Source: Candidatus Binataceae bacterium (GTDB taxonomy: Bacteria > Desulfobacterota > Binatia > Binatales > Binataceae). From it: DNA of 64,000 bases. Below, piece by piece: positions 32,270-40,999 of this stretch (its first letter is position 1; the number at the start of each line of letters is the position of its first letter). Made by a program: the position numbers and the translations under genes. The notes under the pieces are model-generated. The model made no database searches and was not told the origin of the DNA. It saw only the letters and a list, made by a program, of their open reading frames with translations. The stretch is from positions 2,678 through 66,677 of the forward strand of contig DATGHL010000004.1 in the NCBI GenBank assembly GCA_035308025.1, in the 5' to 3' direction.

Positions 32270-32998
32270 ATGGAACCGAACCGGCCACAAGGTCTTAGCC
32301 GGCGGCGTGTCCGGCAACTCCTATCGAACACGCAGTCTTACCATTCAGCCGCCAGCCGCATTGAGGTTCTATCCCGCCACTTCCTTGGACATCCCTACAA
32401 GCCAAATCCCTTGATTGGATCCGCCGATGAATCGGAAGTCTTCACCGCTTCATTAGACGGATTCGACTGTGTCACCTATATTGAGACAATTTTGGCGCTC
32501 GCACGCGCTGCGACCGTTGATGACTTCATCGAAGGGCTGCGCAAGATCCGGTATCAACACGGACGCATCCAGTGGGAACAGCGCAATCACTATATGACGT
32601 TCTGGATTCGTAACAACGTGCGCGAAGGGATAATCAGCCCGGTCGCGACGCCGGCTATTCCGGTACTCAGCCGGGAGCGCCTTCTCAATGTCGTACCCGG
32701 ACTCGCTTCAAAGCTGACTCGCGTGAAATGTGTACCAAAGCTGGAAGTGATGCGGCGCGCAGCCTACCTGCGCAGCGGTGATCTGATTTTCTTTGCCTCC
32801 ACACGCAAACATCTTGATGTGTTTCATACCGGCATCATCGTAAGCGATGGCAAATATCCACTCATGCGTCACGCTTCGCGCAGCCAGGGATTTGTCGTTG
32901 AACAGAACTTGAGTGAGTTTCTTAAGGCCAATCGGATGGCCGGTGTCATCGTGGTGCGGCCTCGGGAGATTAAGAAGCGAATTGCAATTACTAATTAG
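32270..32998 (+). CDS. DUF1460-like protein (predicted papain-fold / amidase-like Cys hydrolase)
   Basis: 'FDCVTYIETILALARA' with a conserved Cys, characteristic of DUF1460. First gene of the low-GC island. Confidence 0.45.
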   Translation: MEPNRPQGLSRRRVRQLLSNTQSYHSAASRIEVLSRHFLGHPYKPNPLIGSADESEVFTASLDGFDCVTYIETILALARAATVDDFIEGLRKIRYQHGRIQWEQRNHYMTFWIRNNVREGIISPVATPAIPVLSRERLLNVVPGLASKLTRVKCVPKLEVMRRAAYLRSGDLIFFASTRKHLDVFHTGIIVSDGKYPLMRHASRSQGFVVEQNLSEFLKANRMAGVIVVRPREIKKRIAITN

Positions 32999-33064
32999 GC
33001 CGACACTTTTCTCGCTGAGGCGAATCCTCGTACGGAAGCGATCGCTTGGAGCGACGGGGTAAAT

Positions 33065-34339
33065 GTGAACATCGTATATCCGCTCGACTATTCAACCGCG
33101 AGTATTCGAGAATTATTCGATGACGCCGATTCCGATGTCCTTTTTTTGCGGGATCCGCGTGTAGACATCGAACTCGGACCGCGCATGCTCGAGCGAATAA
33201 CGCAGGTGATCCGTGACACCGGCAGCGGCTGGGTTTATGCCGACGGAGTAAGCCAACCCCGTATCGATTATCAAACCGGCAGCATCCGCGACGGTTTTGA
33301 CTTCGGCCCGCTAGTTGGTGTCTCGGTTCAAGCCGCGCGTAACGCCGGGATCGATAGCGCCTGGCGATGGGGAGGACTATACGACCTGCGCCTAAGACTT
33401 TCGGAAACACACGCTATCGTGCGAATTCCCGAACCGTTGTACAGCCAGTCGATCGTTGACGCACGGCCGACGGGGGAGAAACAATTCGATTATGTAGATC
33501 CGCGCAATCGCGACTACCAAATTGAAATGGAGACTATCGCGACGGCGCATCTGAAGCGAATCGGCGCCTGGTTACCGCCCCACTTCGAGAGAGTTCCAGC
33601 CGCTGAGGAGGCCTTTCCGGTAAAGGCCAGCGTCGTAATACCAGTGCGGAATCGCGAGCGGACAATTCTCGACGCCGTTCAGAGCGCCCTCGGCCAGCGC
33701 GCTGATTTCGAGTTCAATGTGCTCGTCGTCGATAACCATTCGACCGATCGGACAACGGAGCTTTTGCGAGGCATCAGTGATTCGCGGATTAGACGCATCA
33801 TCCCCGAACGCCGCGATTTGGGCATCGGCGGATGCTGGAACGAGGCGATTTATTCCAAAGACTGCGGCCAATACGTTATTCAGCTTGATTCCGACGATCT
33901 ATACATCAATGAAAACGTTCTTCGCCGGATCGTCGGACAACTTGAAGCGGGACCTTACGCAATGGTTATAGGCTCTTATACTATGGTTGATTTTTCATTG
34001 AGGGAGATTCCGCCTGGGCTTATCAACCATGGCGAGTGGAGTCGCGAGAACGGCAGAAACAATGCGCTCCGGGTTAATGGGCTTGGCGCGCCCCGCGCAT
34101 TTAACACTTCGGTTCTGCGCCGTATCGGATTTCCGAATGTGAGCTATGGCGAGGATTACGCCGTGGCGCTGCGCCTGAGCCGTGATTACGAGATAGGCCG
34201 GATCTACGACTCCGTTTATCTTTGCCGCCGATGGGAAGGCAATAGCGATAGCGCCCTGCCGGTCGAGATTGCGAATCGATACGATTCGTACAAGGACTGG
34301 CTCCGCACCGTCGAGATCCAGGCGCGGATGCGCAGATGA
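33065..34339 (+). CDS. family 2 glycosyltransferase with about 190-aa N-terminal domain of unknown function
   Basis: GT-A signature 'ASVVIPVRNRERTILDAVQSALGQ....FNVLVVDNHSTDRT' and a DxD motif 'QLDSDDLY'. Stop overlaps the next gene's start. Confidence 0.7.
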   Translation: MNIVYPLDYSTASIRELFDDADSDVLFLRDPRVDIELGPRMLERITQVIRDTGSGWVYADGVSQPRIDYQTGSIRDGFDFGPLVGVSVQAARNAGIDSAWRWGGLYDLRLRLSETHAIVRIPEPLYSQSIVDARPTGEKQFDYVDPRNRDYQIEMETIATAHLKRIGAWLPPHFERVPAAEEAFPVKASVVIPVRNRERTILDAVQSALGQRADFEFNVLVVDNHSTDRTTELLRGISDSRIRRIIPERRDLGIGGCWNEAIYSKDCGQYVIQLDSDDLYINENVLRRIVGQLEAGPYAMVIGSYTMVDFSLREIPPGLINHGEWSRENGRNNALRVNGLGAPRAFNTSVLRRIGFPNVSYGEDYAVALRLSRDYEIGRIYDSVYLCRRWEGNSDSALPVEIANRYDSYKDWLRTVEIQARMRR

Positions 34340-35229
34340 TCCGCAAAGTGGACGAACTCTTTAAGCGGCAGGTGCGAGCATGGCCGCTGCTGGCGCGAGG
34401 ACTGCAAGGCCTTGCGCAGGCGAAGACCCGGTGGGTGCGCATCGACTGGTTCGACATCTTCATCCTACACATACCCCATCGCCTGGGCAGTACAACAGCT
34501 TCTGTCAACCGCGACGCAGTCGCAAAACGTCCATGTTTTCTATGTGCATGCAATCTGCCTCCAGAGGAAGAGGGCGTGGAGTTTGATGACGAGCTCACGA
34601 TCTACTGTAATCCGTTCCCGATCGTGGACCGTCACCTGACGATCGCGCACCGCGAGCATGTTTTGCAGCGCATCGCGAACCAATTCGGAAAAATGCTGGA
34701 CCTCGCCGCCGCCCTGCCCGGATATTTCGTCATCTACAATGGTCCAGAATGCGGAGCCTCCGCGCCAGACCACATGCACTTTCAGGCGGGCGCCCGAACA
34801 TTACTTCCGATCGCGAAGGAGACTGCCGGGCACGCTACTATTAGTGCACCGCGCTATGCAACAAATGTACTGCTACTTCGTGGCCGCGATCGATCTGTAC
34901 TTATCGATCAAATGGATCGCGCTATCGAGTTACTGGCGGAAACAACCGGCAAACAAGCGGAGCCCTTGGTCAACATCGCAGTCTTTCATGAAAGCGGTGA
35001 ATGGGTGATGTATCTGTTCCCGCGCGGAAAGCATCGGCCAGAGGTTTTTCATACGGGCGAACTTACCGTGAGCCCCGCGGCGATTGATTTGTGCGGAATC
35101 TTTGTCGTGCCGCTGGCACGCGATTTCGAGAGAATCACTAGCGAGGCGATAGCTGCAATCTTGCGCGAGGTCACTTTGCCTGACGCTCAGTTTCAGGAAA
35201 TTGTCGCGAAACTGGAGGGACGGCATTGA
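34336..35229 (+). CDS. HIT-superfamily-like nucleotidyltransferase/phosphorylase (DUF4922 / GDP-hexose phosphorylase-like, HxHxQ motif)
   Basis: 'PDHMHFQAG' is an H-phi-H-phi-Q HIT/GalT-type motif. There is an upstream Cys-rich segment 'CFLCACNLPP'. Translationally coupled to the GT2 (ATGA overlap) and to the SpoIID gene. Confidence 0.45.
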   Translation: MIRKVDELFKRQVRAWPLLARGLQGLAQAKTRWVRIDWFDIFILHIPHRLGSTTASVNRDAVAKRPCFLCACNLPPEEEGVEFDDELTIYCNPFPIVDRHLTIAHREHVLQRIANQFGKMLDLAAALPGYFVIYNGPECGASAPDHMHFQAGARTLLPIAKETAGHATISAPRYATNVLLLRGRDRSVLIDQMDRAIELLAETTGKQAEPLVNIAVFHESGEWVMYLFPRGKHRPEVFHTGELTVSPAAIDLCGIFVVPLARDFERITSEAIAAILREVTLPDAQFQEIVAKLEGRH

Positions 35230-36446
35230 ACGTATCTGTAGGACTAATTGAGGGACAGTCTGCTGTTGAGGTTGAATTGACGGGCACGTTCGCCGATACG
35301 TACGGCAAGCCGTACCTCCCCAGGCGGTACAGCTTCACTTCTGAAGTGACGCTTAGTCCGTCGGACTCAGCGTCGTGCGCGTTTGCGCTGGACGACGTCA
35401 CGATCGGAATTGGATTTCATTGGGAACGCAAGGAGCGCCAGGTTTTTCGTGGGGCGTTTCGCCTCGTGCGACGAGAAGCCGGCCTGACGGTGATTAACGA
35501 CGTTGCGCTCGAAGAGTACGTCACCAGCGTCATATCCTCCGAGATGAGCGCGTCCTGTCCTCTTGAACTGCTGAAAGCTCATGCGGTGATTTCCCGCAGC
35601 TGGCTGTGGTTTCCGAAAGTAAACCCCTCTTGCATTGAGAGCCGGCAGAGTGAGGCTCTCGATCCTCACGAAATCCGTCGCTGGTACGGCCGTGAATCTC
35701 ATCCGGATTTCGACGTTTGCGCCGACGACCATTGCCAGCGCTATCAGGGCATCACGAAAGTGTTCTCTCCGGCAGTAGCTGACGCGGTTCGCGCGACAGC
35801 CGGCGAGTTTCTCCGTTACCGTGGTGCTGTCTGCGACGCCCGGTTTTCCAAGTCCTGCGGCGGAATAACCGAACGCTACGCGACCGCCTGGGAAGATAAA
35901 CACTTTCCCTATCTCGAGTCTGTGTACGACGGCCCTGCCCAATCGTGCTCTGGCGCTTCGGAGGCATGGATACGCTCGAATCCGGCAGCCTATTGCAATA
36001 CCGACAATGCGGATCTGCTTTTACGCGTCCTCCCGGGGTTCGATCAGGAGACCCGCGATTTCTACCGCTGGCGCGTCGAGTATAACCCCGAAGAACTCGC
36101 CGCTCTGATCAGCTCGCAGCTCGGCGTGGACCTTGGCCCGATTCGCTCTATGCAGCCCCTCGCGCGCGGACCGTCAGGCCGAATCGATCGGCTGAAGATC
36201 ACTGGGGAGCGCGACTACCTCATCATCGGTAAAGAGCTAGAAATTCGCCGCGCTTTATCGCGCACGCATCTTTACAGCTCTGCATTCGTCGTCGACAAAG
36301 AGTCTGGCCGCTTTGTCTTGCGAGGATCCGGATGGGGGCACGGCGTCGGCTTATGCCAGATCGGCGCGGCAGTCATGGCACATGAGGGCAAGACTTACAC
36401 AGAAATCCTGCAGCACTACTATCTTGGAACCACTGTCAGCGTCTGA
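35226..36446 (+). CDS. SpoIID/LytB-domain protein (peptidoglycan lytic-transglycosylase / amidase-enhancer family)
   Basis: 'LEEYVTSVISSEMSASCPLELLKAHAVISRSW' and the C-terminal 'GSGWGHGVGLCQIGAAVMAHEGKTYTEILQHYY' match the SpoIID/LytB domain. Confidence 0.7.
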   Translation: MNVSVGLIEGQSAVEVELTGTFADTYGKPYLPRRYSFTSEVTLSPSDSASCAFALDDVTIGIGFHWERKERQVFRGAFRLVRREAGLTVINDVALEEYVTSVISSEMSASCPLELLKAHAVISRSWLWFPKVNPSCIESRQSEALDPHEIRRWYGRESHPDFDVCADDHCQRYQGITKVFSPAVADAVRATAGEFLRYRGAVCDARFSKSCGGITERYATAWEDKHFPYLESVYDGPAQSCSGASEAWIRSNPAAYCNTDNADLLLRVLPGFDQETRDFYRWRVEYNPEELAALISSQLGVDLGPIRSMQPLARGPSGRIDRLKITGERDYLIIGKELEIRRALSRTHLYSSAFVVDKESGRFVLRGSGWGHGVGLCQIGAAVMAHEGKTYTEILQHYYLGTTVSV

Positions 36447-36666
36447 CGGGAGGTCAACAACAAGATTTCACATCTCATAGTGGCGCCGAAAGAACGGAAT
36501 TTTTTCAGATTCTCTCGCCATCCTTTTTCTAAGCAAGCGCACAGGCACGTGGCGATGGGGGCAATTATCCCCTTGATGGCGGTGAGCCGTCATGTCAGGG
36601 TGGCAGCAATCGATACGCTTTTACGGCGGCTCCTCCGCTGTCGGCGTGGGAAAGAGCTAGCCACGA

Positions 36667-37401
36667 TTGCGCGAATACGAGCTCAATTGCTCGATGTATC
36701 TATACGCGAGCAGGGCTGATGCGAATCGGGGCGTACAGACTGGCGGAAGCGGATTCTTCTTCGGGATTCCGATGAACGAGTACTCCAGCCATATCTACGC
36801 CGTTAGTAATTGGCACGTCGTGCAAAGCCATCCGGTCATTCGCGTAAACACACATTACGGGGATTCACTTGTCTTAGAATTAAGAACCAGCGATTGGTTT
36901 CGGCATCCAGACGGTGAGACCGACCTCGCCGTTGCACCTGTGGGGCATCCATTCTGGGCAGACCTTAATGTGCTTCTTCTTGGTCGTGAAACCCTTCTTT
37001 CTCCGGAGATCATCTCTCGATTTAAGATCGGTGTCGGCGACGACTTGTTTGTCGTTGGTCGCTTCATAGATCGTGATGGCGTACAGCGCAATCAACCAAC
37101 AGTTCGATTTGGCATGATCGCGCAACTACCAATCCCTCACCAACCAATCCGAACCGAGGTTGGATACCAGGATGCTTTTCTAGCCGAAATTCGATCTGTC
37201 TCAGGATTTAGCGGGTCTCCGATATTCGCACTACTACCGCCCCATCGCGACACCTCCCTTTCCAGAGAGGAACGGCTCAAAGCCTTTAGCGATCTGGACG
37301 ATAACGGCTTACAGCGAAACAGAACGGTTCTCATGGGAATTGACTGCGGGCATATGCAATATCCAGAACCGGATGCTGTTTTCGCAGAAAGTGCGCGATG
37401 A
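36667..37401 (+). CDS. trypsin-like serine peptidase (S1/chymotrypsin fold, Trypsin_2-like)
   Basis: Catalytic triad context: 'SNWHVV' (His), 'GETDLAV' (Asp), 'SGFSGSPIF' (Ser). No signal peptide is evident. Confidence 0.55.
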   Translation: MREYELNCSMYLYASRADANRGVQTGGSGFFFGIPMNEYSSHIYAVSNWHVVQSHPVIRVNTHYGDSLVLELRTSDWFRHPDGETDLAVAPVGHPFWADLNVLLLGRETLLSPEIISRFKIGVGDDLFVVGRFIDRDGVQRNQPTVRFGMIAQLPIPHQPIRTEVGYQDAFLAEIRSVSGFSGSPIFALLPPHRDTSLSREERLKAFSDLDDNGLQRNRTVLMGIDCGHMQYPEPDAVFAESAR

Positions 37402-37456
37402 GCACGGCGGCAAACGGTTGCGCCCAACGAAACTATGGGCGAACGTAAACACTGGA

Positions 37457-37714
37457 ATGGCTATCGTGATCGGCGCATGGAAGCTGGACGAGTTGCTCAA
37501 CAACCCAGTGTTGGTAGAAATGCGAGAAAAAGAAAAAGCCGCGGCAAAGAAATACACAAAGCTGGATTCATCCACCCGGCCCCGCTTGCAAAAAACGTTA
37601 GCTCCGAACGCTGCGGATCGGATTGATATTCCTATTCCGACTGAACGCGAGGTGTTGGACGTATTTAAGAAAGCCACGCGGAAGCGGCCATCTAGGCAGA
37701 AACCTTCTTCGTGA
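37457..37714 (+). CDS. small hypothetical protein (basic C-terminus); 3' end truncated by or overlapping the IS1595 end
   Basis: ORF 37340..37714 in another frame, overlapping the protease stop. Internal Met at 37457. Confidence 0.2.
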   Translation: MAIVIGAWKLDELLNNPVLVEMREKEKAAAKKYTKLDSSTRPRLQKTLAPNAADRIDIPIPTEREVLDVFKKATRKRPSRQKPSS

Positions 37715-38660
37715 TCTGCTTCGTGAGCGCGTCGAACATATTGTGTCGTCCAAGGTTCGGTCGGCGATTGAACCGAAAAGCGTACTCGTTCAGATAGCTT
37801 TGCGGATAATGCGAACCGACATTGTGATAGACACCACGAATCCCGTTTTTTATGAGGCTCCAGAAGCCCTCCATGGTGTTCACGTGTGCATCGCCCGAGA
37901 CATAGACCTTGGTCGCAAGATGGACGCGCTTGTGCTGTAGCCAAGTGGCTCCAGCGGATTATAGACCGCGTATTCGTCGGTAAAGACCATGCTCTTCGGC
38001 ATTATTCGCTCAGTCACGTGCGGAAGCAGGGTTGCAGCTTGGGTGGTTCGGAACGACCTTTGCCACAACTCTGCCCTTGCGCTCTACCATGCCGAAGACG
38101 GCGGTCTTGCCGACCCCGCCGGTGCCGAGATGTTTCCGCTTGTTGGCGTGTTTGTTCTTTTCCAACCCGCCGAATGCGCTTTCGTCCATCTCAATCTTGC
38201 CAGACAGTTTTGGCCCGTCATCTTCATTCAGCATCGAACGAATCTGTTTGCACATACGCCACGCGCATTTGTAGGTAACGCCGATTTCCCGCTCAAGCTG
38301 CTTGGCGCTAATCCCGCATCGAGTAGAGGCCATCAAGTACATGGCGTAAAACCAGAGTTTCAGCGAAGTAGCCGAATCCTGAAAGATCGTCCCGCTCATT
38401 GGGTGTTCGTGATGACCGCAATTCTGGCACGAGTAGGAAGGTCGCTTGCTGTCGCGATGATGCTTTGTGACGGCTTTGCATTTGGGGCAGAAGATGCCAT
38501 CGGGATAGAGCCATTCGACGAGTTTCTGAAGACAAGCTGCATCGTCTGGATAATTTCGCTCGAAATCCATGAGCGAGTAAGTACTGTCGGACGCCCCGGA
38601 ACGTATCGGCTTATTGCGGTTGACCTTGCTCATGTCGAACATAGTACTAAAGGCGCGCAC
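37692..38660 (-). mobile_element. IS1595-family insertion sequence with frameshifted transposase
   Basis: ORF 38010..38660 has an N-terminal zinc ribbon 'CPKCKAVTKHH...CQNCGHHE' and a DDE region. Continuation 'VFTDEYAVYNPL' (37880..38068) and C-terminus 'FWSLIK...NEYAFRFNRR' (37692..37883) are each in a different frame. Confidence 0.7.
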
Positions 38661-38695
38661 CTACGTCAAAGGGATAGTTACAAAAGGACCCGGTC

Positions 38696-38929
38696 GTGAC
38701 CGCGAGGAGGGTCGCCACCAAAACCGTGAAGAGCGCACGGCGGCCGCCGCGGGCGGCATCAGGTTCAGACCCAGGGAAACTGGTTTGCCGTTACTGCGGC
38801 AGTGATGATCTCGCCCCGTCGTTCATCAAGCGCCGCGACGCCCGCTGTCGCACCTGTTTCAAACAACGTTACGGGTCGGCAACGCGTGCCAAGTCAGCGA
38901 AGTCTCCTAAGGCCAACGCCGCTAAATAG
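38696..38929 (+). CDS. small basic zinc-ribbon protein (questionable)
   Basis: 'CRYCGSDDL...CRTC' four-Cys arrangement in a Lys/Arg-rich 77 aa ORF with a non-ATG start. Overlaps the presumed IS1595 end. Confidence 0.2.
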   Translation: MTARRVATKTVKSARRPPRAASGSDPGKLVCRYCGSDDLAPSFIKRRDARCRTCFKQRYGSATRAKSAKSPKANAAK

Positions 38930-39563
38930 TTCTAGCCCCATCGCACGGACCTGGCGCCGGCCTCCGATCAGAAGGCCGGCGCCAGTCTACTTGGCGTGCA
39001 GGGTCGGCCGCTTGGTCTCACGTTGGTCGACCAACGCAGTCCAGCAATTTGGAATCAAAAGGCAACAACCAAGGCCCCTTTTTAGAAGGAAGCCGCTCGC
39101 CAGCGTAATTCACTGGGACAAGTGGAGCGATTGACCGGATTTAACGGCAACACGGATTGCGCAGCGGGCAAGCTCTCAGCGGGTATCGAAAGCATCACTG
39201 GATCGTGCGGACCGACGAAATAATCACCAGCGCTGGTATCCCTTATAGCCCGCGCAATCGTAAGGCCCCAGCTGGCAAGTGGACGCTTGAAGGGAAAACT
39301 CCTGCTCTGGGTTGCTATCCACCCAGCCGCAGCGACCCTATCTCAGTTGCGTTACGACAAACGGGAAGGACGTGGCGCTTCGGCCGACCCGCCGAAATCA
39401 CCTGAAGGGACCCGGCGTCACTGCCGGCAGAGATCAATCGCCAAAGTCGCTCGCCGGGCGCAGAGTTCGGGACCCGCTCCGGGTTCTTTGCGGGCGAATA
39501 AGCCCGCATAAATGCGAAGATTTCGAGCGTTTTCACGGAGAATCTACAAATCCTGAGACTGGG

Positions 39564-39655
39564 TGGCGGAGAGGGGGGGATTCGAACCCCCGAGACCCTT
39601 GCGAGCCTACACGCGTTCCAGGCGTGCGCCTTAAACCGGGCTCGGCCACCTCTCC
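39564..39655 (-). tRNA. tRNA-Ser (anticodon GGA), type II with long variable arm, CCA encoded
   Basis: Reverse complement reads GGAGAGG-UG-GCCGAGCCCGGUUUAAGGC-G-CACGC-CUGGAAC-GCGUG-UAGGCUCGCAAGGGUCUC-GGGGG-UUCGAAU-CCCCC-CCUCUCC-G-CCA. All stems pair and the discriminator is G. The 3' end faces the low-GC island. Confidence 0.9.
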
Positions 39656-39735
39656 GCAATGGGGCTTCAGTATGCCATCGGATGAATTCGACTTGCCAGT
39701 ATGCCAACGCGGAGCGACCGCACGCTGCGGATAAG

Positions 39736-40452
39736 TTACCAGTCAATCGATTCACGATCGCGGAAAAAACCCCCGCTCGGGCCGCGATCGGGGAGCGTGG
39801 CCAGCCACACCGCGGTCTCTGCGCCCTCTTCCACCGAACGCGGCGCGCCCACACCGCCCATCTCGGTGCGCACCCATCCGGGTGACATCGCGTTGACCAG
39901 TATATTGGTTCCGCGCAGGTCGGCAGCCATCACCCGCGTCATCGCGTTGAGCGCAGCCTTCGACACGCGATACGAGGGATAGCCGCCGGCGTCGAGTCCG
40001 TCGCCGTGTGTGCTCATATCCGTCGAAACATTGACGATACGGCCGTAACGATGCGCCCGCATCAGCGGGATCGCAGCCTGGCTGAGGAGCAGCGCGCCAG
40101 TCAGATTCACGGCGAGGGTCTGACGAAACGTCGCCGCACCGATATCGAGTGAGGTGTGGGCGCCGTCGAGGTAGATGCCGGCGTTGTTGACGAGGATATC
40201 CCAGCGCCCCAGCTCGGCCTCGGCGTAACGCTGAAAGCGCGCGATGCTCGAATCGTCGGCGACGTCGAGGGGATGGAAAACGATCTCGCCGGCGGACTTC
40301 TGCGCCGACTTGGTAAGTTGCGCGCAAGCGGCGGCGCCTTTGACCGCGTCGCGCGCCGTCAGCACAACCTTGAGATCCAAAGCGGCGAGCTGGCGGCAGA
40401 TCTCCAGCCCGATACCGCGATTCCCACCGGTCACTACCGCAAGTTTTTTCAC
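39736..40452 (-). CDS. short-chain dehydrogenase/reductase (SDR family)
   Basis: 'VVTGGNRGIGLEI' (TGxxxGxG), 'NNAGI', catalytic YxxxK. GTG start. Confidence 0.85.
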   Translation of the reverse strand: MKKLAVVTGGNRGIGLEICRQLAALDLKVVLTARDAVKGAAACAQLTKSAQKSAGEIVFHPLDVADDSSIARFQRYAEAELGRWDILVNNAGIYLDGAHTSLDIGAATFRQTLAVNLTGALLLSQAAIPLMRAHRYGRIVNVSTDMSTHGDGLDAGGYPSYRVSKAALNAMTRVMAADLRGTNILVNAMSPGWVRTEMGGVGAPRSVEEGAETAVWLATLPDRGPSGGFFRDRESIDW

Positions 40453-40494
40453 TTTTTCACCACTTTTTCACCGTCCGCGTGCTCCTCTCTGAGG

Positions 40495-40588
40495 CATTTT
40501 TCGACGCAGCTCGTAGACTCCTGAGCTCGGCCGCGCCTCGCAGACTCGTGTGCTCGCTCCGCGCGGCGGCCGTGCTTTGCTAGCGTGT
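40495..40588 (+). repeat. dispersed REP/MITE-like repeat, copy D
   Basis: 'ttcgacgcagctcgtagactcctgagctcggccgcgcctcgcagactcgtgtgctcgctccgcgcggcggccgtgctttgctagcgtgtc'. Confidence 0.6.
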
Positions 40589-40925
40589 CGCGCTCTTGCA
40601 CGATCGGGCGCGTCGATGTTTCACGTGAAACAGCTCCACAAGTTTTTGCGCGTCGACGGGCAAAGTGAAGCTGTTCCCCACCTAGCCGTGCTTGATGGTC
40701 ACGCTCTTGCAGGAGCGCACACCCGATGTTTCGCGTGAAACCTTTTTTTCACCGCCGGGCAGCGCAGCGCTCCATTGTCATGGCCTTTGCCCGATCGGAC
40801 GCGGGCGAATGTTTCACGCGAAACATTTTTGTCACCTTTGTTTCACTGCCCGGGCCGAGCGCCGCCCGGCGGTCGCCAGCCTTTGCTTGATCGTACCAAA
40901 TGTTTCACGCGAAACATCTTGTTAA
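40585..40925. repeat. array of four palindromes (TGTTTCACGYGAAACA), each preceded by a TTGCnYGATCG motif, spaced 84-109 bp
   Basis: Palindromes at ~40617-40632 (perfect, TGTTTCACGTGAAACA), 40727-40741, 40808-40827 (AATGTTTCACGCGAAACATT) and 40899-40917. Extra TTTTTCAC half-sites are scattered from 40441 to 40850. Confidence 0.6.
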
Positions 40926-40999
40926 CAGGTTTGTGTAGGGAGCGGTGCATAGTGCAGGTTTTCACCCTTGACGTGATCTTCCATAAACGGCGCCCGGGT

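Noticed and set aside
36480-36719. 79-aa ORF between the SpoIID gene and the protease gene
   Set aside because: Arg-rich and overlaps the protease start. Probably non-coding.
40585-40925. palindrome array considered as a CRISPR array
   Set aside because: The repeated core is only 16-20 bp. Copies are imperfect and the flanking 'spacer' sequences share motifs with each other. Spacing is irregular (84-109 bp). No cas genes are nearby.
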